Below, piece after piece: positions 53,052 through 61,631 of a DNA stretch of 64,000 nt. The notes beneath the pieces are model-generated. The model saw only the letters and a program-made list of their open reading frames with translations. It was not told the origin of the DNA and ran no database searches. Source of the stretch: Alkalispirochaeta sp. (GTDB lineage Bacteria; Spirochaetota; Spirochaetia; DSM-27196; Alkalispirochaetaceae); contig CBDESZ010000021.1 of assembly GCA_965242725.1 (NCBI GenBank), positions 32,001-96,000 of the forward strand, given 5' to 3'. Each line of letters begins with the position of its first letter. The first letter of the stretch is position 1. The translations under genes were made by a program, and so were the position numbers.

Positions 53052-53267
53052 TCACACGTGAACGGATCTGTCCCGCGATGACGGCGGCACTCCCGGAATA
53101 CACGGTATGGTGATGCATATAGACTCCCCGACCTCAGCGGTTGTTGAGGCGTCCGTCGTTGAAAAAACTGATAATCCGTGGCGAGGCGGGTGGTGCCACG
53201 GGGAGGAACCGGTATCCCCGGTGAACGCAAGTTCATTATAAAAACAACAGGGAACATGCGAGTTTTC

Positions 53268-53310
53268 TTGACAACGCATTCCGGCGGCAGTATCATTGCA
53301 ACCGGTTGCA
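53268..53310 (+). promoter_or_regulatory. sigma70 promoter with LacI-type operator
   Basis: TTGACA-N17-TATCAT directly followed by the palindrome TGCAACCGGTTGCA (53297-53310). Confidence 0.85.
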
Positions 53311-53315
53311 CCAAA

Positions 53316-54314
53316 ATGAAGAAACTGCGGTCCATTGAAGAACTTGCCCGCCTCGCGGGGGTCTCAAAATCGACGGTCTCCCGGGCATTGAACGACAGCC
53401 CCCTCATTTCCAAGGAGACGACTGCGCGGATAAAGGCGCTCGCGGAGGAGCACCGGTTTCGTCCGAGCGCCAGTGCAAGCAGGTTGAGTCTGCAGGCAAG
53501 CAAAACCATCGGCTTTGTCACTCACCCCATCACCGCGGACGCGCTGTCGGTGTGTGACATTTTCAGCATTGAGCTTATGAGCGCCGTGGCAAAAGCGCTG
53601 TACGCCCGGGGATACGATCTGTTGATGGTGCAGGTGGGACCTCGGGACGCCGACTGGGTGGAGCAATATCTCCATTCCGGAAAGGTGGACGGCTTCATTC
53701 TGATGAGTTCCGACCGCAAACGGAAACATATCGAATACCTCCTGCAGATGGGGGCGCCCTTTGTCGCCACGGGAAGGGGCGGCGGCCGCTTCAGCTCCGT
53801 CTGTGGCGACGACTATCAGGGCGGACGGATTGCCACGGAGCATCTCCTCTCCACGGGGAGGCGTAAAATCGTCTTTGTCGGTGGACCGGAGATTGAAACG
53901 GAGGTGGCCGAACGCTTTCGCGGCTATGCCGACGCGCTGAGGGAAGCGGAGATCGCCGTCAATCACGATCTCGTTGCGTACGGAGATTTCACGGAGGCGT
54001 CGGCGGTACAATCGATTGAGAATGTGATGGATCGCGAAGAGTTTGACGCGGTCTTCGCAAACAGCGACCTCATGGCAATCGCCGTCATGGAACGCTTACG
54101 GCGCGGAGGAATTCGTGTTCCCGATGACGTCGCGGTTGTCGGCTATGACGATGTATCGATCGCCGCCCGCTCCGTTCCGCCTCTCACAACGGTGAGTCAG
54201 AACATTCCGACCATCGGCAGGTTACTCACCCGGGACCTCCTCTCCTACCTCGACAATCGGGTCATCACGGAGACGACGGTGCCGGTCGAGCTGGTTAAAA
54301 GAGAATCCGCATGA
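53316..54314 (+). CDS. LacI-family transcriptional regulator
   Basis: SIEELARLAGVSKSTVSRALN, VPDDVAVVGYDD, PPLTTV. Confidence 0.95.
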   Translation: MKKLRSIEELARLAGVSKSTVSRALNDSPLISKETTARIKALAEEHRFRPSASASRLSLQASKTIGFVTHPITADALSVCDIFSIELMSAVAKALYARGYDLLMVQVGPRDADWVEQYLHSGKVDGFILMSSDRKRKHIEYLLQMGAPFVATGRGGGRFSSVCGDDYQGGRIATEHLLSTGRRKIVFVGGPEIETEVAERFRGYADALREAEIAVNHDLVAYGDFTEASAVQSIENVMDREEFDAVFANSDLMAIAVMERLRRGGIRVPDDVAVVGYDDVSIAARSVPPLTTVSQNIPTIGRLLTRDLLSYLDNRVITETTVPVELVKRESA

Positions 54315-54330
54315 GTTTTTTTTGCACATA

Positions 54331-54348
54331 CATGCAACCGGTTGCATG
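54331..54348. promoter_or_regulatory. Second LacI-type operator
   Basis: Perfect palindrome CATGCAACCGGTTGCATG with the same core as 53297-53310, just before an AGGAG RBS. Confidence 0.85.
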
Positions 54349-54361
54349 AAAGGAGTTGTAT

Positions 54362-54904
54362 ATGAACGTAGTTGTCACTCCCGGCGAACAAAATCTTTAT
54401 GAATGGTTTACTGCCCGGGCACAGGAATCCGCGGTACGCCGCTCTCTTCTTCGGTTGCGGTTCCTTGGATTTATACGGAGCCTCCTCATAATACGAAAGA
54501 GTGTGAAGGGGGAATGGCGGGAGTGGTCATATCGCAGGGATACGGTACGAACTGACTCGGTCGTTGGAGTGTATTCCTCCGACGGCCGCGCACGACGGGG
54601 GGTGATCGTACCACGGCGGACGTGGCAACGCCCGTGGAAGGACCTTTTTTTTGCTGAACCCGAAGCCTTTCCGACCCTCGTGGCTTACGAAATTGAATCG
54701 GAATGGTACCTTCCCGATGAGGACCGCTCCATTCTCGCCTACGGCATCATGCAAGCTCGAGGTATTGTTTCATTCATCGCCGTTGTTGCCAGAGCGAAAA
54801 GGCGCGCTATGGACGTCGCGTCGTCGTTCGCCCCGGGAATCCCGGACCGCTCGATTCAATGGGCGGGAGAGAGATATGAGAGTGGTACCGCCGGGCGCCT
54901 CTGA
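54362..54904 (+). CDS. Hypothetical protein, possibly a degenerate ParB/Srx-like fold
   Basis: AGGAG RBS plus operator; 'VRTDSVVG...PRRTWQRPW...FPTLVAYEIESEWYL' pattern. Confidence 0.55.
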   Translation: MNVVVTPGEQNLYEWFTARAQESAVRRSLLRLRFLGFIRSLLIIRKSVKGEWREWSYRRDTVRTDSVVGVYSSDGRARRGVIVPRRTWQRPWKDLFFAEPEAFPTLVAYEIESEWYLPDEDRSILAYGIMQARGIVSFIAVVARAKRRAMDVASSFAPGIPDRSIQWAGERYESGTAGRL

Positions 54905-55026
54905 ACCGCGTCGCCGTCGCAGAGGTTCCTTCACTCTTCGGTACGGGCCGATCCGCCGGATGGGCGTGTCACGATTTCCAGTCTCAGCGGATCGCCTAAC
55001 GCCTTACAAACCCGTGCTTCCGTCAT

Positions 55027-55176
55027 TTACGTCGTCTGGAAGTGTTTCTCCTGCCGGCCGGGCATGTACTCCCACCCTTCACTGTTCTCCTTGAACGCCT
55101 CTTCCACAACGTCCGGTGGAAGGGCGGCAAGGCCCGATTCCGTCACTGTAACGGTACACTCGCCGTTTCCTTTTTC
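55027..55176 (-). pseudogene. 3' remnant of an SRPBCC/AHSA1-like gene
   Basis: Hand translation EKGNGECTVTVTESGLAALPPDVVEEAFKENSEGWEYMPGRQEKHFQTT*, preceded by an in-frame TAA. Confidence 0.6.
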
Positions 55177-55202
55177 TTATATGCAACATTTATGTTGTAT
55201 TT

Positions 55203-56378
55203 CTATCCGCCAATAATAAGTCCCGTTCCGTACATCACCGCGATACCCGCCAGGACGCCACCCACACCGTGCGGCGTAAAGAGGGAGTCTTTTACCTTCC
55301 GGTTCATATAGGCAATGATCTCAATGACGACCTGGAAGATGGCACCCCCACCGATACCGAGAAAGAAGACGCCCCAGACCGGGGAGAACGCGTACCCGCC
55401 GATAATCGTGCCGATGATGGCGGGCGCGCCCGCCAGAAAGCCCATGCGTACAAGGAATCCCACCGGCGCCTTCCCTCGTGCCACGGGGGCAATGAGGGGA
55501 AGTCCCTCGGTGATATTGTGAATCATGAAGCCGACAATGAGCGTCGCGCCGAGGGAGACGTTGCCGACGGCAAAGGCGCTGCCCACCGCCAGACCTTCAC
55601 CCAGATTGTGAACGCCGATGCCGAAGGCCGCGGCAAAGACGATTGTCCGCGCCCTCGTCGCAGGATCGGCGTAATCCCGTCCCGCTCCGTTTCGACTGAT
55701 ACCGAAGAGGACCATGAATGAAATCGCAAAGCCGAGGAGCAGCACCCCCACCCCATTCAGCGATTCCGGTACGCTGTGGCTCAACTCCAACCCCTCCTGC
55801 ATCGTGTCGACGCCCAGGAAGATCAGGAGGCCCACCGTGACGGCCATAAAGAATCGATACCACGAATCACGAACCATCCGCACGAAGGGAAACCAGATCA
55901 GACCTAGAAAGACGGGGACCACTCCGATAAGCACCCCGATGAGGGCGAGGATTCCCGCAAAGTGCCGGTCCGGACGCGGACTTTCCACGGCGGCGGGTAT
56001 GGTAAGCGGAAATGTCACTCCCGTCGAAGTGACCATCGTAATGTGCTGATCGTCCCCCGTGTTCCAGGGATATTCTATGAGGACGGTACGGCGGGAGAGG
56101 CGTCCGAGGGTGGCACCGTCTTCCACGGTGAAAGCCCAATACGATCCGTTGACCAGAACCTGGCTGATGGTGACCGGATCCGGTCCGTCATTTACGATGT
56201 CAATGGATATGAGGTTCTCCTCCATCCGTACCCGCTGAATCGCGATCTCCTCGATGGGGGGGCGATCCCCTACGAGAATTGATTCCCCGAACGGCAGCGA
56301 GCCGCCTCCCGAGAGGAACCAGCCCACGGGTATCGCCAGCAGCAGAAGTGGAAGAATACCGAAGAACAATTTACGCAT
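55203..56378 (-). CDS. ZIP-family metal transporter with N-terminal extracytoplasmic domain
   Basis: GIGVHNLGEGLAVG and MIHNITEG metal-site helices; N-terminal 'NDGPDPVTISQVLVN' domain. Confidence 0.88.
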   Translation of the reverse strand: MRKLFFGILPLLLLAIPVGWFLSGGGSLPFGESILVGDRPPIEEIAIQRVRMEENLISIDIVNDGPDPVTISQVLVNGSYWAFTVEDGATLGRLSRRTVLIEYPWNTGDDQHITMVTSTGVTFPLTIPAAVESPRPDRHFAGILALIGVLIGVVPVFLGLIWFPFVRMVRDSWYRFFMAVTVGLLIFLGVDTMQEGLELSHSVPESLNGVGVLLLGFAISFMVLFGISRNGAGRDYADPATRARTIVFAAAFGIGVHNLGEGLAVGSAFAVGNVSLGATLIVGFMIHNITEGLPLIAPVARGKAPVGFLVRMGFLAGAPAIIGTIIGGYAFSPVWGVFFLGIGGGAIFQVVIEIIAYMNRKVKDSLFTPHGVGGVLAGIAVMYGTGLIIGG

Positions 56379-56387
56379 ATCCACCCC

Positions 56388-57404
56388 CTATTCCACGACG
56401 CGAAAGAGACCCATCCAGCCCAGCTCGGCAAATTCAGTCTTGTGGGCGTGAAACATGTACTCTCCGGGAAACTGGAAATCTATTTCCAGAATCGAACGCT
56501 CGGCCTGGCCAAAGATTACCGTGTCCGTAAAGGTATCCGGCTCAAGGGAGGTTCCCGTCCGGTACTCGTTGAAGAAGTTTGCGTGCAGGTGAAACGAGTT
56601 GGTTTCATCAAACTCAAGGATGTTCACCAGGTACAGCCGGACCGGCTCGTTCAACTCAACCTCTATCGGGTGGTTCTGGTAATAAAACGCAATCGTGTTG
56701 ACCGCATAAACCTCGTTGTCTTCGTCGAAATTGGTGTCAAAGCCGTTCATCATCATCACAAACTCCTGCGCCGGTGGTCTTCCCTCCACGGGATCCACGA
56801 TAAATACGCCGTACAGTCCTTTGTGGATATGCTGCGTCAGAGGCGTAGAATGGCAGTGGTAGAGATGAATGCCGAACGGCGCGGCATCAAACTCATAAAT
56901 GAATGTTTCGCCGGGATCGACAAATTGATTCGGCATCGATCCATCCATTTCCTCCGGATGGTAGCCGTGGAAGTGCATCGTATGCGGCCGGCTGCCGGAG
57001 TTGGTGAAGTGGACGCGGATACGATCGCCCTCGGTTGCGCGAATGGTCGGCCCCGGCACCTGTCCATTGTATGTCCAGGCGGGAAAGGTAACGCCCGGAG
57101 CGATTTCTATCTGCCTGTCCCGCGCGTAGATCCAGTACTCCCGGAGGAGTCGACCGTCGGGAAGGAGGGACTCCCGATAATATGTTGCACGCTCATCGGC
57201 GGGCAGATTGTTGAAATTCCACGTCGTCAGGTACTCCAGGGGGTCAATTCCCATTGCGTCCACACCGACGCTGCCTGAAACACCCATGCCGAGTCCTTTA
57301 TTGCCGCCGTACCCGCTCCTGCTCTGGGCGGCGGCTGCGACGGTTATGAGCACCATCGTCACCGTGACGGCAATTATGGTCCGAATAATTTTCATGTTCA
57401 TCAC
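56388..57404 (-). CDS. Two-domain multicopper oxidase
   Basis: YNGQVPGPTIR, HTMHFHG, YHCH..HIHKGL, FHLHA, FHAH; Sec-type signal. Confidence 0.88.
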   Translation of the reverse strand: MMNMKIIRTIIAVTVTMVLITVAAAAQSRSGYGGNKGLGMGVSGSVGVDAMGIDPLEYLTTWNFNNLPADERATYYRESLLPDGRLLREYWIYARDRQIEIAPGVTFPAWTYNGQVPGPTIRATEGDRIRVHFTNSGSRPHTMHFHGYHPEEMDGSMPNQFVDPGETFIYEFDAAPFGIHLYHCHSTPLTQHIHKGLYGVFIVDPVEGRPPAQEFVMMMNGFDTNFDEDNEVYAVNTIAFYYQNHPIEVELNEPVRLYLVNILEFDETNSFHLHANFFNEYRTGTSLEPDTFTDTVIFGQAERSILEIDFQFPGEYMFHAHKTEFAELGWMGLFRVVE

Positions 57405-57419
57405 GAAATCAAGCGTAAT

Positions 57420-57455
57420 ATTGCTTATTCAAATAGTCAAGTTTGATTAATCAAA
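57420..57455. promoter_or_regulatory. Putative metal-repressor operator pair flanking the MCO -35 element
   Basis: Perfect palindrome TTTGATTAATCAAA (57442-57455) and 11/14 copy ATTGCTTATTCAAA (57420-57433). Confidence 0.65.
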
Positions 57456-57587
57456 ATATTGCACTTCTTGACCGGCGGGACCGTCACTGATAGGCTCACG
57501 GAAATTGTTGATCAATTTACTATTTTACATCTTCTGGCGATCGGACGGACATATCGCTCGTCGCGAGGCGATGAAGGAGATACCTCC

Positions 57588-58589
57588 ATGGTTCACATAC
57601 GGAAATCACTTGTATTTTGGGCGATCCTGCTCCTCGTACCGGCCTTCGGGCTCTTTGCCGCCGGCGCGGGTGAAGCGGGCGCAGACGGCACCGGCGCACC
57701 CGGCGACGGGTCGGAAGGCGGCGGGAGTTACGTCGTATCCCACGCGAGGGGCGAAACCACAATCCCGTCGCAGCCCCGGAGAGTGGTGACCCTTACCCAG
57801 GGATCCACGGAAGCGGCACTTGCCCTCGGCATCACACCCGTCGGCGCCGTACAGGGCTGGGGTGCCGATCCCTGGTATCCCCATTGGCAGGAAGCCCTTG
57901 CGAATACGGAGGTCGTCGGCGGCGAGACGCAGCCGAATGTTGAGGCAATCGCCGTCCTCGCACCGGATCTCATCATCGGTGCCGCCCTTCGCCACGACGA
58001 AGCGCTCTACCAACAGCTCTCTTCAATTGCACCAACGGTCTTCACCGAAGAGATCGGGGAGACCTTTGTGGAGAACCTGAGTCTCATTGCGGACGCGCTC
58101 GGGCGTACGGAGCGCGGCGAAGAACTGATAAATGACTATGAAACAAGAACCCGCGCGATCGCCGACGCCCTCGATGCGGAGGGACTTGGAGACGCGACGG
58201 TATCCCTTGTGCGGTTCAATCCCGGTCAGGTCCGTATTTACAACGGCTATCCCGGCGCGATCATGAACGATATCGGACTCTCCCTTCCCCAGGAGCAACT
58301 GGATGTGCTCGGCGAAAATCAGGTCGTCACATTCACCTCAAAGGAGCGTATTCCCCTCCTCGACGGTGACTACATGTTCATATGGTCCACCGACTGGTGG
58401 GATCCGGGAATGGCGGAAGAGACCCACAATGAATGGACACAAACCGAGTTGTGGGAAAGTCTCGGAGTCGTCCGGTCCGGGAATCTCTACAACGTAAACG
58501 CCGTTTACTGGAATCTTGCGGGAGGTATTCTTGCCGCCCATCACGTTCTCGACGACATCGTGGACACCTTCAATTTGCAGGTTGAATAG
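57588..58589 (+). CDS. Iron-siderophore ABC substrate-binding protein (FecB/YfiY-like)
   Basis: HARGETTIP..PRRVVTL, LGITPVGA, PNVEAIAVLAPDLII, LSSIAPTV; AAGGAG RBS. Confidence 0.92.
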   Translation: MVHIRKSLVFWAILLLVPAFGLFAAGAGEAGADGTGAPGDGSEGGGSYVVSHARGETTIPSQPRRVVTLTQGSTEAALALGITPVGAVQGWGADPWYPHWQEALANTEVVGGETQPNVEAIAVLAPDLIIGAALRHDEALYQQLSSIAPTVFTEEIGETFVENLSLIADALGRTERGEELINDYETRTRAIADALDAEGLGDATVSLVRFNPGQVRIYNGYPGAIMNDIGLSLPQEQLDVLGENQVVTFTSKERIPLLDGDYMFIWSTDWWDPGMAEETHNEWTQTELWESLGVVRSGNLYNVNAVYWNLAGGILAAHHVLDDIVDTFNLQVE

Positions 58590-58594
58590 AAACG

Positions 58595-59608
58595 GTGCCG
58601 GGAACACTTCCGCTTCGGGATTTCAAGGTCCGGCTTCTCCTCCTCGTCGGACTCGTCTGTCTCGTTGGCGTTGCATTTCTCTCGAGCGTCCGTTTTGGAG
58701 TCACCCCTTCGTCGTGGAATACCGTCGTGGCGAGCTACCTCGCGCCCGACGATTCCACGGCGCAGACGGTGATCCGAACCGCCCGGGTACCCCGGGCGAT
58801 TATCGCGCTGGTGATCGGCGGTAATATGGCGATCGCCGGCGCCCTCGCCCAGGCGGTGACAAGGAATCCCCTCGCCTCGCCGGGCGTCTTCGGCATCAAT
58901 GCGGGAGCCGCCGCCGCGGTCGTGACGGGTGTCGTTCTATTCTCGGTTTCCTCCTTTGGAGGACTCGCCCTCTTTGCCTTCGGCGGCGCATCAATAAGTA
59001 CACTCCTTGTATATGTTCTCGGCTCCGTTGGCAGGGACGGTCTCACGCCGGTCAAGATCACGCTGGCCGGTGCGGCGCTCGGGGCATTCTACGCAAGCCT
59101 GACCAGCGCGGTTCTCGTTGCAAATGAACAGACTCTGGGAATCGTGCTCTTCTGGCTCGCCGGATCGGTTGCGGGAGCCGAGCTGTCACATCTGTCTACG
59201 GCGCTCCCGGTCTTTGCAGCGGGCTGGCTCATCGCCGCCCTCCTTGCCCGGCCGGTAACGACCCTCATGCTCGGCGAGGATGTCGCCAGGGGACTCGGGT
59301 TGCGGACGACGCTGGTGAAAATCGGCGTGGGCGGTGTCATCGCCCTTCTTGCCGGGGGATCAGTTGCAATTGCGGGACCGATCTCGCTCATCGGCCTGAT
59401 CGTACCTCACGCGGCACGGACGATCGTGGGCCACGACCAGCGATGGGTGCTTCCCTACAGCTTTGTCCTCGGTGCGGGGTTGCTCTTGACGGCGGACATC
59501 GGATCACGGTTTGTCGCGCAGCCACAGGAAGCACCGGTCGGGACGGTGACGGCCGTCCTTGGCGCGCTGCTCTTTGTCCATATCGCCCGGCGGAGGATAC
59601 CCGGATGA
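58595..59608 (+). CDS. Iron-siderophore ABC permease (FecC-like)
   Basis: RVPR, QAVTRNPLASPG, GEDVARGLG. Confidence 0.92.
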   Translation: MPGTLPLRDFKVRLLLLVGLVCLVGVAFLSSVRFGVTPSSWNTVVASYLAPDDSTAQTVIRTARVPRAIIALVIGGNMAIAGALAQAVTRNPLASPGVFGINAGAAAAVVTGVVLFSVSSFGGLALFAFGGASISTLLVYVLGSVGRDGLTPVKITLAGAALGAFYASLTSAVLVANEQTLGIVLFWLAGSVAGAELSHLSTALPVFAAGWLIAALLARPVTTLMLGEDVARGLGLRTTLVKIGVGGVIALLAGGSVAIAGPISLIGLIVPHAARTIVGHDQRWVLPYSFVLGAGLLLTADIGSRFVAQPQEAPVGTVTAVLGALLFVHIARRRIPG

Positions 59609-60645
59609 AGCGGTTTGTTCCGTTCCGCAGCGTACGTCCTGCAATTTCATTTCTTGTCGACCGACGCGCCCTGGCGGCTACAACTGTTCTTGCGGCGGTG
59701 GCGATCGTCGTCGCCGTCGTGAGCCTCTCCTCGGGTGATTATCGAATCGGGGTGTTGGGGGTGATTAAGAGCCTCGTCGGTCTCGGGGAAGCGAGGGAAA
59801 CCCTCATCGTCACACAGTTCAGGCTGCCCCGGATTCTCGTCGCCTTCCTCGTGGGAACAGCCCTTGCCGTCTCCGGAGCACTATTGCAGGGGATTGCCAG
59901 GAACCCCCTCGCAAGCCCCGACATTATCGGAATTACCGGCGGTGCCGCCGTTGCGGCGGTTGGAATGCTCGTCTTCTTTCCCGACCTGGAAGGGGCCTTT
60001 CTTGCACCGGCGGCGTTCGTCGGTGCGGCGGCGGTGGCGACACTGATGTACCTCCTGGCCTATAAAAACGGCTTTTCCCCCATCCGTCTGGTCCTCGTCG
60101 GAATCGGATTCGGTGCGGCGGCGCGAAGCATAACTACCCTTCTGATCGTCATCAGCCCGATGTATCAGGCGAGCAAGGCGCTCCTCTGGCTCACTGGTAG
60201 CGTATATGGCACCTCCTGGAAGGATGTCGCGGCGATCGGACCGTGGATTGCGCTCCTTCTTCCCGCGTCATTCCTGATCAGCCCGCGGATCAATGCACTT
60301 CAATTGGGTCGGGAAGTTGATATTTCAATCGGTGGACGGATGGATCGCGACGTACTGCTGGTTACGGCGATCAGCGTCGCCCTTGCCGGCAGCGCCGTTG
60401 CCGTGGCAGGAGGAGTCGCATTTGTGGGCCTGATGGCGCCTCATATGGCGCGGCTTCTCGTCGGCCCCGTATTTGAGCGCCTTCTTCCCGCGGCGGCAAT
60501 TCTTGGAGGAACACTCGTAATGGGAGCCGATCTTATCGGCAGAACCGCAATCGGAACGCTCGATCTGCCGGCGGGTATCTTCACCGCGGCGATAGGGGCG
60601 CCCTTTTTTATCTTCTTGCTTTACAGAAGCAGGCAAACTCTTTGA
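59605..60645 (+). CDS. Iron-siderophore ABC permease (FecD-like)
   Basis: [34 protein letters not shown] overlap with the upstream gene. Confidence 0.92.
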   Translation: MKRFVPFRSVRPAISFLVDRRALAATTVLAAVAIVVAVVSLSSGDYRIGVLGVIKSLVGLGEARETLIVTQFRLPRILVAFLVGTALAVSGALLQGIARNPLASPDIIGITGGAAVAAVGMLVFFPDLEGAFLAPAAFVGAAAVATLMYLLAYKNGFSPIRLVLVGIGFGAAARSITTLLIVISPMYQASKALLWLTGSVYGTSWKDVAAIGPWIALLLPASFLISPRINALQLGREVDISIGGRMDRDVLLVTAISVALAGSAVAVAGGVAFVGLMAPHMARLLVGPVFERLLPAAAILGGTLVMGADLIGRTAIGTLDLPAGIFTAAIGAPFFIFLLYRSRQTL

Positions 60646-60661
60646 CCGCAGGAAGGGTACT

Positions 60662-61480
60662 ATGGAAAGCGTAACGACAAAAAATCTGACCCTCGGATAC
60701 GACGACAGGATCGTCATCGAGGAACTCGATCTATCAATCGAAGAGGGAAGCATCACCGCCCTCGTCGGGGCCAACGGCTCGGGCAAGTCTACTCTCCTGC
60801 GAGCGATCTCGCGTCTTCTTCCGGCAAAATCGGGATCGGTTCTCCTCGACGGCCGGGACATTACGAAACACTCCACCAGGGACGTGGCAAAGAGGCTCGC
60901 CATTCTGCCTCAGGGTGCCGTCGCTCCCGAAGGATTGACCGTCGTCGATCTGGTCAAACAGGGACGATACCCCCACCAGCGCTTCCTGCAGCAGTGGAGC
61001 AAAGATGACGAAAGACGGGTCTACGAGGCCCTTGAAATGACGGGCGTTGCCGAACTGGCGGAGCGGCCCATGGAAACGCTCTCCGGTGGTCAGCGACAGC
61101 GCGCCTGGATCGCAATGACCCTCGCCCAGGACACTCCCATACTCTTTCTTGACGAACCGATCACCTACCTGGATATGAACCACCAGATCGAGCTCCTCGA
61201 TCTTCTCGTCAAACTGAATGAAGAGGAAGGACGGACGATTGTGATGGTGCTCCACGACGTCAATCTCGCCGCACGTTACGCCCACCGTATCGTCGTCGTC
61301 CATGAGCGGTCGGTCTACGCCCAGGGCGCCCCCGAAGAGGTGGTTACACCGGAGATCATTCAGGAGGTGTTCGGCATTCGCGCCGACGTGAGCCGCTGCC
61401 CCGTCTTCGGAACTCCCCTCTGTGTCGCCCACGGCAGGATGGCGCGACGCATGAAGATCGACGTTGCCGGAGAGGGCTGA
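60662..61480 (+). CDS. Iron-siderophore ABC ATPase (FecE/FhuC-like)
   Basis: [32 protein letters not shown]. Confidence 0.93.
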   Translation: MESVTTKNLTLGYDDRIVIEELDLSIEEGSITALVGANGSGKSTLLRAISRLLPAKSGSVLLDGRDITKHSTRDVAKRLAILPQGAVAPEGLTVVDLVKQGRYPHQRFLQQWSKDDERRVYEALEMTGVAELAERPMETLSGGQRQRAWIAMTLAQDTPILFLDEPITYLDMNHQIELLDLLVKLNEEEGRTIVMVLHDVNLAARYAHRIVVVHERSVYAQGAPEEVVTPEIIQEVFGIRADVSRCPVFGTPLCVAHGRMARRMKIDVAGEG

Positions 61481-61631
61481 CCGTTTCAACGTAGTCGGCG
61501 AATGAATTGCCTCTTGGAGTATTCATCGCCCGTTGACAAGTACAAAGGAACGGAGCCGGGTGCGGAACCAAAGCCCGATGGAGCGTGGAAGTGTACCACC
61601 TTCACGCCCCACCGGATGAAGCACTATTTTA

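Noticed and set aside
53052..53267. Possible sRNA/riboswitch or small ORF (hairpins CCTCAGC..GTTGAGG, CCGTGGC..GCCACGG)
   Set aside because: No recognisable riboswitch consensus or RBS; short hairpins are expected at this GC content
56388..57404. Copper nitrite reductase nirK
   Set aside because: Four HxH motifs fit a trinuclear-cluster two-domain oxidase; context is metal uptake, not denitrification
61481..61631. Imperfect hairpins between fecE-like and DUF5666 genes
   Set aside because: Probably ordinary convergent terminators; too imperfect to call
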